The notes beneath the pieces were generated by a model, which was given only the letters and a program-made list of their open reading frames with translations, made no database searches and was not told the DNA's origin. Positions 43,039-50,939 of a stretch of DNA of 64,000 nucleotides are shown here, piece by piece. The position numbers and the translations under genes are program-made. The stretch is taken from NCBI GenBank assembly GCA_018623495.1, contig JAAZVP010000003.1, positions 3,466 to 67,465 of the forward strand, read 5' to 3'. Every line of letters begins with the position of its first letter. Position 1 is the first letter of the stretch. Source of the DNA: Halothiobacillus sp. GTDB lineage: Bacteria > Pseudomonadota > Gammaproteobacteria > JAAZVP01.

Positions 43039-43854
43039 ATGAGTCTTTTCGCCAGTCTGGCGCTCGGGGTCGCCCTGATCGCCGCGGGCTTTTTCGTGAT
43101 GGTGAGGCTGGGCAAGTTCACTGCACGCCAGGCGGGGGTGATCCTCGCCATCCTCACCGTGGGGTTCTACACCCCCTTCGCCATTCATGACTGGCCGGGT
43201 GCCGATACCTTCACCATCCACCTGGTGATCTATCTGATCACCGCCTATGCCCTGGCGATCATCGGCCGCGGCCTGGAGCCCTCCTCCGGGGCCCGGCGCA
43301 AGTTCCACTGGGGTCCGGCCGCCCTGGTGGGCTTCTTCGCCGTGGTCATCGCCATGGACGCGATCTTCATCACCGTGGCCCAGCGGGGCCTGGAGGGGGA
43401 CGTCTCCCGCGCGCTACTGCCCGAGCCGCAGTCGGGCCAGGATGTGACCTCCTTCTTCCCCGGTACGGTCACCCACGACTTCCAGGAGAAGGAGGAGCGC
43501 TTCAACGCCTACAAGAGTCGCCTGGAGCGCCAGAAAGCGCGTGACTGGCAGGTGCGCAAGGGCTGGCTCGGTGGCCCTGCCCGGGCCGGCGAGCAGACGG
43601 TGTTCCAGGTGGCGGTGCGCGACGCCCGGGGCGAGCCCATCGAGGACGCCGAGATCTCGGTGCTCTTCTGGCGGCCGGCCGACCAGCGTCTCGACCAGCG
43701 CATCCAGCTCAACCACATGGGTAACGGCGTCTACCGCCAGGCGGTGGTCCTGGAGGCCCCCGGTCGCTGGCAGGCGGACATGACCATCCTCACCGACGAG
43801 GCGCGTCACGAGGAGCGCCTGCACACCGAGGTCGCCGCCTCGCCCTCGGCCTGA
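43039..43854 (+). CDS. ccoH: FixH/CcoH family protein with extra N-terminal TM segments
   Basis: Position between ccoG and ccoI; HWGP...GFF TM segment; C-terminal GNGVY...PGRW Ig-like domain. Confidence 0.75.
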   Translation: MSLFASLALGVALIAAGFFVMVRLGKFTARQAGVILAILTVGFYTPFAIHDWPGADTFTIHLVIYLITAYALAIIGRGLEPSSGARRKFHWGPAALVGFFAVVIAMDAIFITVAQRGLEGDVSRALLPEPQSGQDVTSFFPGTVTHDFQEKEERFNAYKSRLERQKARDWQVRKGWLGGPARAGEQTVFQVAVRDARGEPIEDAEISVLFWRPADQRLDQRIQLNHMGNGVYRQAVVLEAPGRWQADMTILTDEARHEERLHTEVAASPSA

Positions 43855-43872
43855 CCCAACGCAGAGGGCCCC

Positions 43873-46299
43873 TTGAGCGAGCCAGATTCCCGTCACCAGG
43901 GCGAGTGTTTCCATTGCGGTCTGCCGGTTCCGCCCGGCAGCGCCTATCGCGTCACCATCGACGGTGAGCCGCGGGCGATGTGCTGCCCCGGCTGCCAGGC
44001 GGTGGCCCAGGCGATCGTCGACGGTGGCATGGAGGACTTCTACCGCCACCGGACCGAAAAATCCGAGCGGCCCGAGGAACGGATCCCGGATTTCCTCCGC
44101 GAGGTCGACCTCTACGACCGGCCCGAGTTGCAGAAGAGCTTCGTGCGCGAGGAGGCCGGCGAGACCCGCGAGGCCTCGCTGATCCTCGAGGGCATCGTCT
44201 GTGCTGCCTGCGTCTGGCTCAACGAGCGCCAGGTCAAGTCCCTCGACGGGGTTCTCGATTTTCGCGTCAACTACGCCACCCACCGTGCCCGGGTCCGCTG
44301 GGACCCGGCCCGGGTGCAGCTCTCCGACATCCTGCGGGCGATCGCCGCCATCGGCTACCGGGCCCACCCCTTCGACCCCGGCCGCCAGGAACAGCTCTTC
44401 AAGCGCGAGAAGAAGCTCGCCCTGCGCCGGCTGACGCTCGCCGGCCTGGGCGCCATGCAGGTGATGATGATCGCCATCGCCATGTACATCGGCGACTACC
44501 AGGGCATGGATGCCGATATCCGCCGGTTCATGCGCTGGGTGAGCCTGCTGATCGCCACGCCCGTGGTGCTGTACTCCGCCCAGGCCTTCTTCGCCCCGGC
44601 ATGGCGCGACCTCAGGCGCCGCCAGCCGGGCATGGACGTGCCCGTCTCGCTGGCCATAGGCGGGGCCTACCTCGCTTCCTGCTGGGCGACCTTCAGCGGC
44701 ACCGGCGAGGTCTACTTCGACTCGGTGACCATGTTCACCTTCTTTCTGCTCACCGGTCGCTACTTCGAGATGATCGCCCGGCACAAGGCCGGCGAGTCGG
44801 CCGAGGCGCTGGTCAAGCTGCTGCCGGCGAGTGCCACCCGCATCACTGCCGACGGACGCGAGGAGGTGGTCACCGTCAACGAGCTCGCCCCCGGCGACCG
44901 GTTGCGCGTTCGCCCCGGCGAGAGCGTGCCGGCCGACGGCACCGTGGTGGCCGGGGAGAGCAGCGTGGACGAGTCGCTGCTCACCGGCGAGAGCGTCCCC
45001 CGCGGACGGGCCGCCGGTGACGCGCTGGTGGGCGGCTCGGTGAACGTGGAAAGCCCCCTGGAGATGACCGTCACCCGGGTGGGTGAGGACACCGTCCTCT
45101 CCTCGATCATCCGCCTGCTGGACCGGGCCCAGGGCGAGAAACCGCGGGTGGGGCGGCTGGCCGACCGGGTGGCCGGCTGGTTCGTCCTCGCCCTGCTGCT
45201 GCTGGCCGTCGGCGTCGGCGGCTTCTGGTGGTGGCACGAGCCGGAATCCGCCTTCTGGATCACCCTCTCGGTGCTGGTGGTCACCTGCCCCTGCGCCCTC
45301 TCGCTGGCCACCCCCGCGGCCCTGACCGCCGCCACGGGCCGGCTCACCCGGCTGGGGTTGCTCACCACCCGGGGCCATGCCCTGGAGACCCTCGCGCGGG
45401 TCACCGACGTGGTACTGGACAAGACCGGCACGCTAACCTTCGGCGAGCTCGGCCTGGCGGCCATCCGGCCCGAGCCGGGCGAGAACCGCGAGCGCCTCTG
45501 GCGCGTCGCGGCCGCGCTGGAGGCGGGCTCCGAGCATCCCATCGCCCGGGCCATCCGCCGCGATGCCCCCGCGCTCGGCCCCGCCGAGGCGGCGCATGCC
45601 GTGCGCCAGCGCCCGGGGCTGGGGATCGAGGGCAGCGTCGGCGGGCGGCGCTACCGCGTGGGCAACGCCCGCTTCGTCGCCGAATGGGTCCCCGGCCTGG
45701 AGGCCGCCGGCCGCGAGGGTGTCGCCGAGGTGCTGCTGGTGGACGAGCAGCGCCTCCTGGGCCGTTTCGAGCTGGACGACGCCTTGCGCCCCGAGGCCGC
45801 CGAGGCCGTCGACGGGCTCCGCCGCCGTGGTCTTCGTGTCCACCTGCTCTCCGGCGATGCCGCGGCCACGGTGGACCGGGTGGCCGGCGAGCTGGGCATC
45901 GAAGAGCACCGCGGCGGGCTGCTGCCGGACGACAAGCTGGCCCGCATCCGCGAGCTCCAGGACGACGGGGCGGTGGTGGCCATGGTCGGCGACGGCATCA
46001 ACGATGCGCCGGTGCTCGCCGGGGCGCAGGTCTCGCTGGCCATGGGCGGTGGTACCCAGCTGGCCCATGCCAGTGCCGACCTGGTGCTGCTCTCGGAGAA
46101 CCTGCTGCACCTGCCCGAGGGGATCGACGTGGCCCGGCGCACGCTGCGCATCATCCGCCAGAACCTCGGCTGGGCAGTGGCCTACAACGTCACCGCGGTG
46201 CCGCTGGCCGCGGCCGGTTTCGTCGCCCCCTGGATGGCGGCCATCGGCATGTCGCTGAGTTCACTGCTGGTCGTGCTCAACGCCCTGCGGCTGCGTTAG
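43873..46299 (+). CDS. ccoI: Copper-translocating P1B-type ATPase CcoI
   Basis: CFHCGLP, CCPGC, CAAC, TGES, CPC, DKTGT, HP, GDGINDAP; TTG start. Confidence 0.95.
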   Translation: MSEPDSRHQGECFHCGLPVPPGSAYRVTIDGEPRAMCCPGCQAVAQAIVDGGMEDFYRHRTEKSERPEERIPDFLREVDLYDRPELQKSFVREEAGETREASLILEGIVCAACVWLNERQVKSLDGVLDFRVNYATHRARVRWDPARVQLSDILRAIAAIGYRAHPFDPGRQEQLFKREKKLALRRLTLAGLGAMQVMMIAIAMYIGDYQGMDADIRRFMRWVSLLIATPVVLYSAQAFFAPAWRDLRRRQPGMDVPVSLAIGGAYLASCWATFSGTGEVYFDSVTMFTFFLLTGRYFEMIARHKAGESAEALVKLLPASATRITADGREEVVTVNELAPGDRLRVRPGESVPADGTVVAGESSVDESLLTGESVPRGRAAGDALVGGSVNVESPLEMTVTRVGEDTVLSSIIRLLDRAQGEKPRVGRLADRVAGWFVLALLLLAVGVGGFWWWHEPESAFWITLSVLVVTCPCALSLATPAALTAATGRLTRLGLLTTRGHALETLARVTDVVLDKTGTLTFGELGLAAIRPEPGENRERLWRVAAALEAGSEHPIARAIRRDAPALGPAEAAHAVRQRPGLGIEGSVGGRRYRVGNARFVAEWVPGLEAAGREGVAEVLLVDEQRLLGRFELDDALRPEAAEAVDGLRRRGLRVHLLSGDAAATVDRVAGELGIEEHRGGLLPDDKLARIRELQDDGAVVAMVGDGINDAPVLAGAQVSLAMGGGTQLAHASADLVLLSENLLHLPEGIDVARRTLRIIRQNLGWAVAYNVTAVPLAAAGFVAPWMAAIGMSLSSLLVVLNALRLR

Positions 46300-46429
46300 A
46301 CTGGAAAGCCGGCAGGCCCGTTGCCGGTTCCTTTTCGGTTCTTCGCATCTTGCCGTGCAACAGGGGGCCTGCAAGCGACGTGTTGCGGATTGCGCGCACC
46401 TTCAGGGCCGATATCCGTCTTGGACGTAT

Positions 46430-46588
46430 GCGAGGCAAGGCGCAGGGGCCCGGGGGCGCAACGCACAACAACCCGGGAATACCGGGTCGACGGTAACTGG
46501 CCCGGGGAACCTGGCGTCCCTGGCGCCTTGGCGAGAGCCATGACCCTCTGCCGTATCCCGGTGAGGGGGCGCCAAAACGCGAAGAACC
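46430..46588 (+). repeat. Dispersed structured intergenic repeat, copy 1
   Basis: Shares collinear blocks with 63110-63262 (32/34, 28/28, 23/25 and 13/19 identities by manual alignment); contains imperfect inverted repeats. Confidence 0.85.
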
Positions 46589-46622
46589 TTCTTTTCCCGC
46601 TGCCCCGGCGCAGGAGGCTCCC

Positions 46623-46832
46623 ATGGAAATCCTCTACTTCCTGATCCCCCTGGCGATCATCATGATGGGCGTGATGGTCTGGGGGCTCATCTGGACGGTC
46701 AAGAACGACCAGTACGACGATCTCGAAGGCCCGGCCCACCGCATCCTGATGGACGACGACGACCCCAGGATCCCCCGTCGCCGCCCGTCTAGGCAAGCGG
46801 ACGGCGATGGGCTAGAATCGGACTCGGATTGA
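46623..46832 (+). CDS. ccoS: cbb3 oxidase maturation protein CcoS
   Basis: MEILYFLIPL...W..KNDQYDDLEGPAHRILMDDD; AGGAGG RBS. Confidence 0.95.
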   Translation: MEILYFLIPLAIIMMGVMVWGLIWTVKNDQYDDLEGPAHRILMDDDDPRIPRRRPSRQADGDGLESDSD

Positions 46833-46854
46833 ATCACGCACTGATGGTGGTGTT

Positions 46855-46953
46855 ATGCAGCTCTTCAACTTCCAGAACTTCGCCCTGACCTTCACGGTGG
46901 GCCTGATCGTTTTCTCCTGGCTGTCCTTCCTGTCGGTGGTCTTCTTCGGCTGA
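46855..46953 (+). CDS. Uncalled 32-aa hydrophobic small protein
   Basis: MQLFNFQNFALTFTVGLIVFSWLSFLSVVFFG*; GGTGG upstream; nearly all codons end in G/C; followed by a terminator. Confidence 0.7.
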   Translation: MQLFNFQNFALTFTVGLIVFSWLSFLSVVFFG

Positions 46954-46985
46954 GACCGAAGCGAAACCGCCCGGGCGGCCGGACG

Positions 46986-47019
46986 AAAAAAGCCTCATCC
47001 CGCGGGATGAGGCTTTTTT
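46986..47019. terminator. Bidirectional intrinsic terminator between the cco cluster and rpoH
   Basis: Perfect palindrome AAAAAAGCCTCATCCCG/CGGGATGAGGCTTTTTT between convergent genes. Confidence 0.9.
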
Positions 47020-47062
47020 GTGGCTGGCGGACGGCCCGGTGCCGGGAGCCGGGAAGGCCGGC

Positions 47063-47920
47063 TCAGGCGGCCAGCGCCCGGCGGACCTTTTTCATCGCCG
47101 CCTTCTCGATCTGGCGGATGCGCTCGGCGGAGACGCCGTATTCCTCCGCCAGGGACTGCAGCGTGGCCTTGTTGTCCTCGTCGAGCCAGCGACGCCGGAG
47201 GATGTCGCGGCTGCGCGCGTCGAGGGCCGCGAGGCTGCGCGCCAGGCCCTCGTGGCGCTGGCGCTCGGCGTCGCGGTGTTCCAGCAGCCGGGCCGGGTCG
47301 GGCTCGTCCGCGGCGATGAAGCTCGCGGGTGCGCGCGGCGCCTCGTCATCGTCGCCGGCATCGGCGTCGAAGGCCACGTCGCCACCGCTCATGCGCCCTT
47401 CCATCTCGGTGACCGTCTTCTCCGGCACGCCCAGGTCGTCGGCCACCCGGCGGGTCTCGTCGGCGGTGAGCCAGCCGAGGTTCTTCTTCCAGCTGCGCAG
47501 GCGGAAGAACAGCTTGCGCTGGGCCTTGGTGGTGGCCACCTTGACCACCCGCCAGTTGCGCAGGATGAACTCGTGGATCTCGGCGCGGATCCAGTGCACC
47601 GCGAAGGAGACGAGGCGGACGTTCTGCTCGGGGTCGAAGCGCTTGACCGCCTTCATCAGCCCGATGTTGCCCTCCTGCACCAGGTCGGCCATGGGCAGCC
47701 CGTAGCCCTGGTAGCTGCGGGCGATGTGGACCACGAAGCGCAGGTGGGAGACCACCAGCCGGCGCGCGGCCTCGAGATCGCCGTGATCGCGCAGGCGGCG
47801 GGCCAGTCCCCGCTCTTCCTCGGGCTCGAGCACGGGGATGGCGCTGATCTGCTGGATGTAGCGCTCCAGCGAATCGGAGACGACGGGGAGTTGTCCGTTG
47901 TTCACCAGGCTCTGGCTCAT
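47063..47920 (-). CDS. rpoH: RNA polymerase sigma-32 factor
   Basis: DLVQEGNIGLMKAVKRFDP, RpoH box KVATTKAQRKLFFRLR, SAERIRQIE; downstream of ftsYEX. Confidence 0.96.
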   Translation of the reverse strand: MSQSLVNNGQLPVVSDSLERYIQQISAIPVLEPEEERGLARRLRDHGDLEAARRLVVSHLRFVVHIARSYQGYGLPMADLVQEGNIGLMKAVKRFDPEQNVRLVSFAVHWIRAEIHEFILRNWRVVKVATTKAQRKLFFRLRSWKKNLGWLTADETRRVADDLGVPEKTVTEMEGRMSGGDVAFDADAGDDDEAPRAPASFIAADEPDPARLLEHRDAERQRHEGLARSLAALDARSRDILRRRWLDEDNKATLQSLAEEYGVSAERIRQIEKAAMKKVRRALAA

Positions 47921-47958
47921 GGTGCGTGGGATTCCTCTCTGACGGGTTGAATGCGATT

Positions 47959-47985
47959 TTAGCAGCCAACCTCTTAGAGTGCTAA
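47959..47985 (-). promoter_or_regulatory. CIRCE element (HrcA operator) upstream of rpoH
   Basis: Minus strand TTAGCACTC-N9-GGCTGCTAA versus consensus TTAGCACTC-N9-GAGTGCTAA (16/18); overlaps extended -10 TG-C-TAAAAT. Confidence 0.8.
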
Positions 47986-48971
47986 GGCCCCGCGGAGTTC
48001 CCGGCTCGGCCCGGCTCCAGGCGCACCAGGTGGTGCTGCACGGTGAGCCAGGTGCCCAGCCAGCCGAGCAGGGTGGCCGTCGCCAGCAGGGCGAGGCTCT
48101 CGCCGGCGCTGAAAAAGCGCGGCGGCGGTCCCAGGTGGTAGGTCTCGAGGAGGTGGTCGATGGCCGGCCCGGTGGCCAGGGCGGCGAGCGCCAGCAGCAG
48201 GAGCGCGCCCAGGCCCCCGGCGAGCCCCAGCAGGGCCCCGCTGTAGAGGAAGGGGCGGCGGACGTAGGCGTCGGTGGCGCCGATCAGGCGGGTCACGAGG
48301 ATCTCCTCGCGGCGGTTCTCGATCTCCAGGCGGATGGTGTTGCCGGAGACGAACACCACCGCCAGCGCCAGCAGCAGGGCGATGACGGCGATGGTGCGTT
48401 CCAGTGCCGCCATGATGGCCGCCCAGCGTTCCACCCAGGCCATGTCGAGCTGGGCGGAATCCACGGCCGCGAGCCCCGCCAGTTCGTCGCGCAGCGCGGT
48501 CAGCCGTTCACCGTCGGTGCGGCCCTGGGGGTGGACCAGCAGGGTGATGGGCAGCGGGTTGGTCTCGAGCACGGCCAGCGCCTCTTCCACGCCGGCATGC
48601 TGGCGGAACTCGGCCAGCGCCTGCTCGCGGGAGACGTATTCCACCCGGCCCACGGCGCTGCGCTGGCCGATCTCGGCGGCCAGGGCGCGGGCGTCCGCGG
48701 GCGTCGTGTCGTCGGTCAGGTAGAGGCTGATGCGCTGCGGGCCGTCCCAGTCGCCCAGCAGCCGCTGGCCGGCCTCGACCACCAGGAAGAGTCCCGCCGG
48801 CAGGGCCAGGGCGATGCTCAGCACCGCCGCCGACATCAGGTGGGCGGGGAGGGCGGCGCGGATCTTGGCCAGGCTGTCCAGCAGGCCGCGGCGGTGCTGG
48901 CGCAGCCAGCCCTCCAGCCGCGCCCGCAGGCGGCCGCCATGCCTCCGGGGACCGCGCTTGCCGCCCGTCAT
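47982..48971 (-). CDS. ftsX: Cell division permease FtsX
   Basis: IALALPAG, YVSREQALAEF, NPLP, GNTIRLEIENRREEI, IGATDAYVRRPFLY. Confidence 0.95.
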   Translation of the reverse strand: MTGGKRGPRRHGGRLRARLEGWLRQHRRGLLDSLAKIRAALPAHLMSAAVLSIALALPAGLFLVVEAGQRLLGDWDGPQRISLYLTDDTTPADARALAAEIGQRSAVGRVEYVSREQALAEFRQHAGVEEALAVLETNPLPITLLVHPQGRTDGERLTALRDELAGLAAVDSAQLDMAWVERWAAIMAALERTIAVIALLLALAVVFVSGNTIRLEIENRREEILVTRLIGATDAYVRRPFLYSGALLGLAGGLGALLLLALAALATGPAIDHLLETYHLGPPPRFFSAGESLALLATATLLGWLGTWLTVQHHLVRLEPGRAGNSAGP

Positions 48972-49618
48972 CGGAGTTCTCCCCCTTCCAGGCGGATGCA
49001 GGGATGGTCCATGTCGCCGATCAGGGAGACGTCGTGGGTGGCGATCAGCGTGGTCACGCCGATCTGGTTGAACTGCTCGAACAGGGTCATGATCTCGCGC
49101 GAGAGGTCCGGGTCGAGGTTGCCGGTGGGCTCGTCGGCCAGCAGGATGGCCGGGCGGTTGACCACCGCCCGGGCGATGCCCACCCGCTGGCGCTCGCCGG
49201 TGGACAGGGCGATGGGATTGGCGCGCTCCTTGTCCAGCAGGCCCACCTTGTCCAGGGCGGCGCGCACCCGCCGGCCGATCTCGAGCGGCGGGTGGCCGGC
49301 GATCTCCAGCGGCAGGGCCACGTTGTCGAACACCGGCCGGTCGAAGAGCAGGTTGTGGTCCTGGAAGATCAGGCCGATGCGCCGGCGGTAGAAGGGCACG
49401 CGGGCCGCGGGCAGGCCGCCCACGTCGGTGCCGTCGATCAGCAGGCGGCCGCCGGAGGGGCGCTCGATCAGCGGGATGAGCTTGAGCAGGGTGCTCTTGC
49501 CGGCCCCCGAGTGGCCGGTGAGAAAGGCCAGCTGGCCGCGCCCCAGGCCGAAACTGATCCCCCGCAGGGCCTGCAGCCCGCTGGGGTAGCGCTTGCTGAC
49601 GCGGTCGAACTCGATCAT
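48968..49618 (-). CDS. ftsE: Cell division ATP-binding protein FtsE
   Basis: GHSGAGKST, IFQDHNLL, LLADEPTGNLD. Confidence 0.96.
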   Translation of the reverse strand: MIEFDRVSKRYPSGLQALRGISFGLGRGQLAFLTGHSGAGKSTLLKLIPLIERPSGGRLLIDGTDVGGLPAARVPFYRRRIGLIFQDHNLLFDRPVFDNVALPLEIAGHPPLEIGRRVRAALDKVGLLDKERANPIALSTGERQRVGIARAVVNRPAILLADEPTGNLDPDLSREIMTLFEQFNQIGVTTLIATHDVSLIGDMDHPCIRLEGGELR

Positions 49619-49640
49619 GGGCCGTCCCCGCCGTGGTGGT

Positions 49641-50822
49641 TCAGCTGCCCGGCCGTTCGCGGTCGAGCAGGGCGTCGACGAAGTCCACGCGGTCGAAGTC
49701 GCGCAGGTCCTCGACGCGCTCGCCCACGCCGATGAAGCGGATCGGCAGGCCCAGCTCCTTGGCCATGGCGAGGACGATGCCGCCCTTGGCGGTGCCGTCG
49801 AGCTTGGTCAGGGCCACGCCGGAGACGTCCACCGTCCGGCCGAACTGGCGGGCCTGGTTGAGCGCGTTCTGGCCGATGCCCGCGTCCAGTACCAGCAGCA
49901 CCTCGTGGGGCGCGTCGGCATCCAGCTTGCGCACCACCCGCTGGACCTTGGCCAGCTCCTCCATCAGGTTGGACTGGGTGTGCAGCCGGCCGGCCGTGTC
50001 GGCGATCAGGATGTCGGTGCCGCGGGCGCGGGCGGCCTCGACGGCATCGAAGATCACCGAGGCCGAGTCGGCACCGGTCCCCTGGGCGATCACCGGCACG
50101 CCGTTGCGCTCGCCCCAGGTCTGGAGCTGCTCCACGGCCGCCGCCCGGAAGGTGTCGCCGGCGGCCAGCATCACCGAGCGACCCTCGTCGGTGTAGCGGC
50201 GGGCCAGCTTGCCGATGGTGGTGGTCTTGCCCGAGCCGTTGACGCCCACCACCAGGATGATGAACGGGCCCTCGCGGTCCTCGGGGATGCGCAGCGGCCG
50301 CTCGGCCGGGGCGAGCATCTCCACCATGTCGCCGTGCAGGGCCTCGAACAGGGCCTCGGGATCGGCGAGTTCCTTGCGCGAGACCCGCCGGGTGAGGTCG
50401 TCGATGATCGCCTCGGTGGCCTCCACGCCCACGTCGGCCATCAGCAGCCGGGTCTCGAGTTCCTCGAGGAGCTCGTCGTCGATGGTCTTCTTGCCCAGGA
50501 CCAGGTCGGCGAGCCCGTCGGTGAGGCTGCGGCGGGTCTTGCTCAGGCGCTCGCGCAGGCCGGCCAGCATGCCGCCCTTGCGCGGCCCTTCCCCGGTCTC
50601 CTCGGGCGCCGGCGCGGCGGTTCCGGGCTCCGGCGCGTCACCGGCCGGGGCCTCGTCTTCGCCGGCGGGCGCGGGCGGCTCTTCGGCCGCGCCCGCGGCG
50701 GCCGGCGGCTCGGCGGGTTCGGGAGTCGCCGGCTCGCCGGCCCCGGCAGCCTGGTCGCGTTCCTCCTCCGGGCGCTTTTCCGCCTGCCGCTTGTCGCGCC
50801 GCTTGCGCAGAAAGCCAAACAT
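49641..50822 (-). CDS. ftsY: Signal recognition particle receptor FtsY
   Basis: Acidic/Pro-Ala N terminus, GVNGSGKTTT, DTFRAAA, DTAGR, TKLDGTAKGG. Confidence 0.97.
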   Translation of the reverse strand: MFGFLRKRRDKRQAEKRPEEERDQAAGAGEPATPEPAEPPAAAGAAEEPPAPAGEDEAPAGDAPEPGTAAPAPEETGEGPRKGGMLAGLRERLSKTRRSLTDGLADLVLGKKTIDDELLEELETRLLMADVGVEATEAIIDDLTRRVSRKELADPEALFEALHGDMVEMLAPAERPLRIPEDREGPFIILVVGVNGSGKTTTIGKLARRYTDEGRSVMLAAGDTFRAAAVEQLQTWGERNGVPVIAQGTGADSASVIFDAVEAARARGTDILIADTAGRLHTQSNLMEELAKVQRVVRKLDADAPHEVLLVLDAGIGQNALNQARQFGRTVDVSGVALTKLDGTAKGGIVLAMAKELGLPIRFIGVGERVEDLRDFDRVDFVDALLDRERPGS

Positions 50823-50850
50823 GCTTACCCCTCATGCAAAACCGGCAGTT

Positions 50851-50859
50851 ATCCTACCA
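50851..50859 (-). promoter_or_regulatory. Putative extended -10 promoter of ftsY
   Basis: Minus strand TG-G-TAGGAT about 30 bp upstream of the ATG. Confidence 0.45.
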
Positions 50860-50939
50860 CTCTTTGCGGGAACTCCGGCGCGGTTGCGCATCGAACAGGG
50901 ATGGGCAATCCGCGCTCGTTTCTCAATCGGGAGGACCGA

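Noticed and set aside
46430-46537. CRISPR-like repeat-spacer-repeat reading of the dispersed element
   Set aside because: The arms are inverted and non-identical rather than direct repeats; no array and no cas genes in the window.
49593-50939. Long N-terminal extension of the M16 peptidase in the ORF track (915 aa)
   Set aside because: It is the antisense shadow of ftsY; the real start is near 50940 after GGAGG, followed by a signal-like segment.
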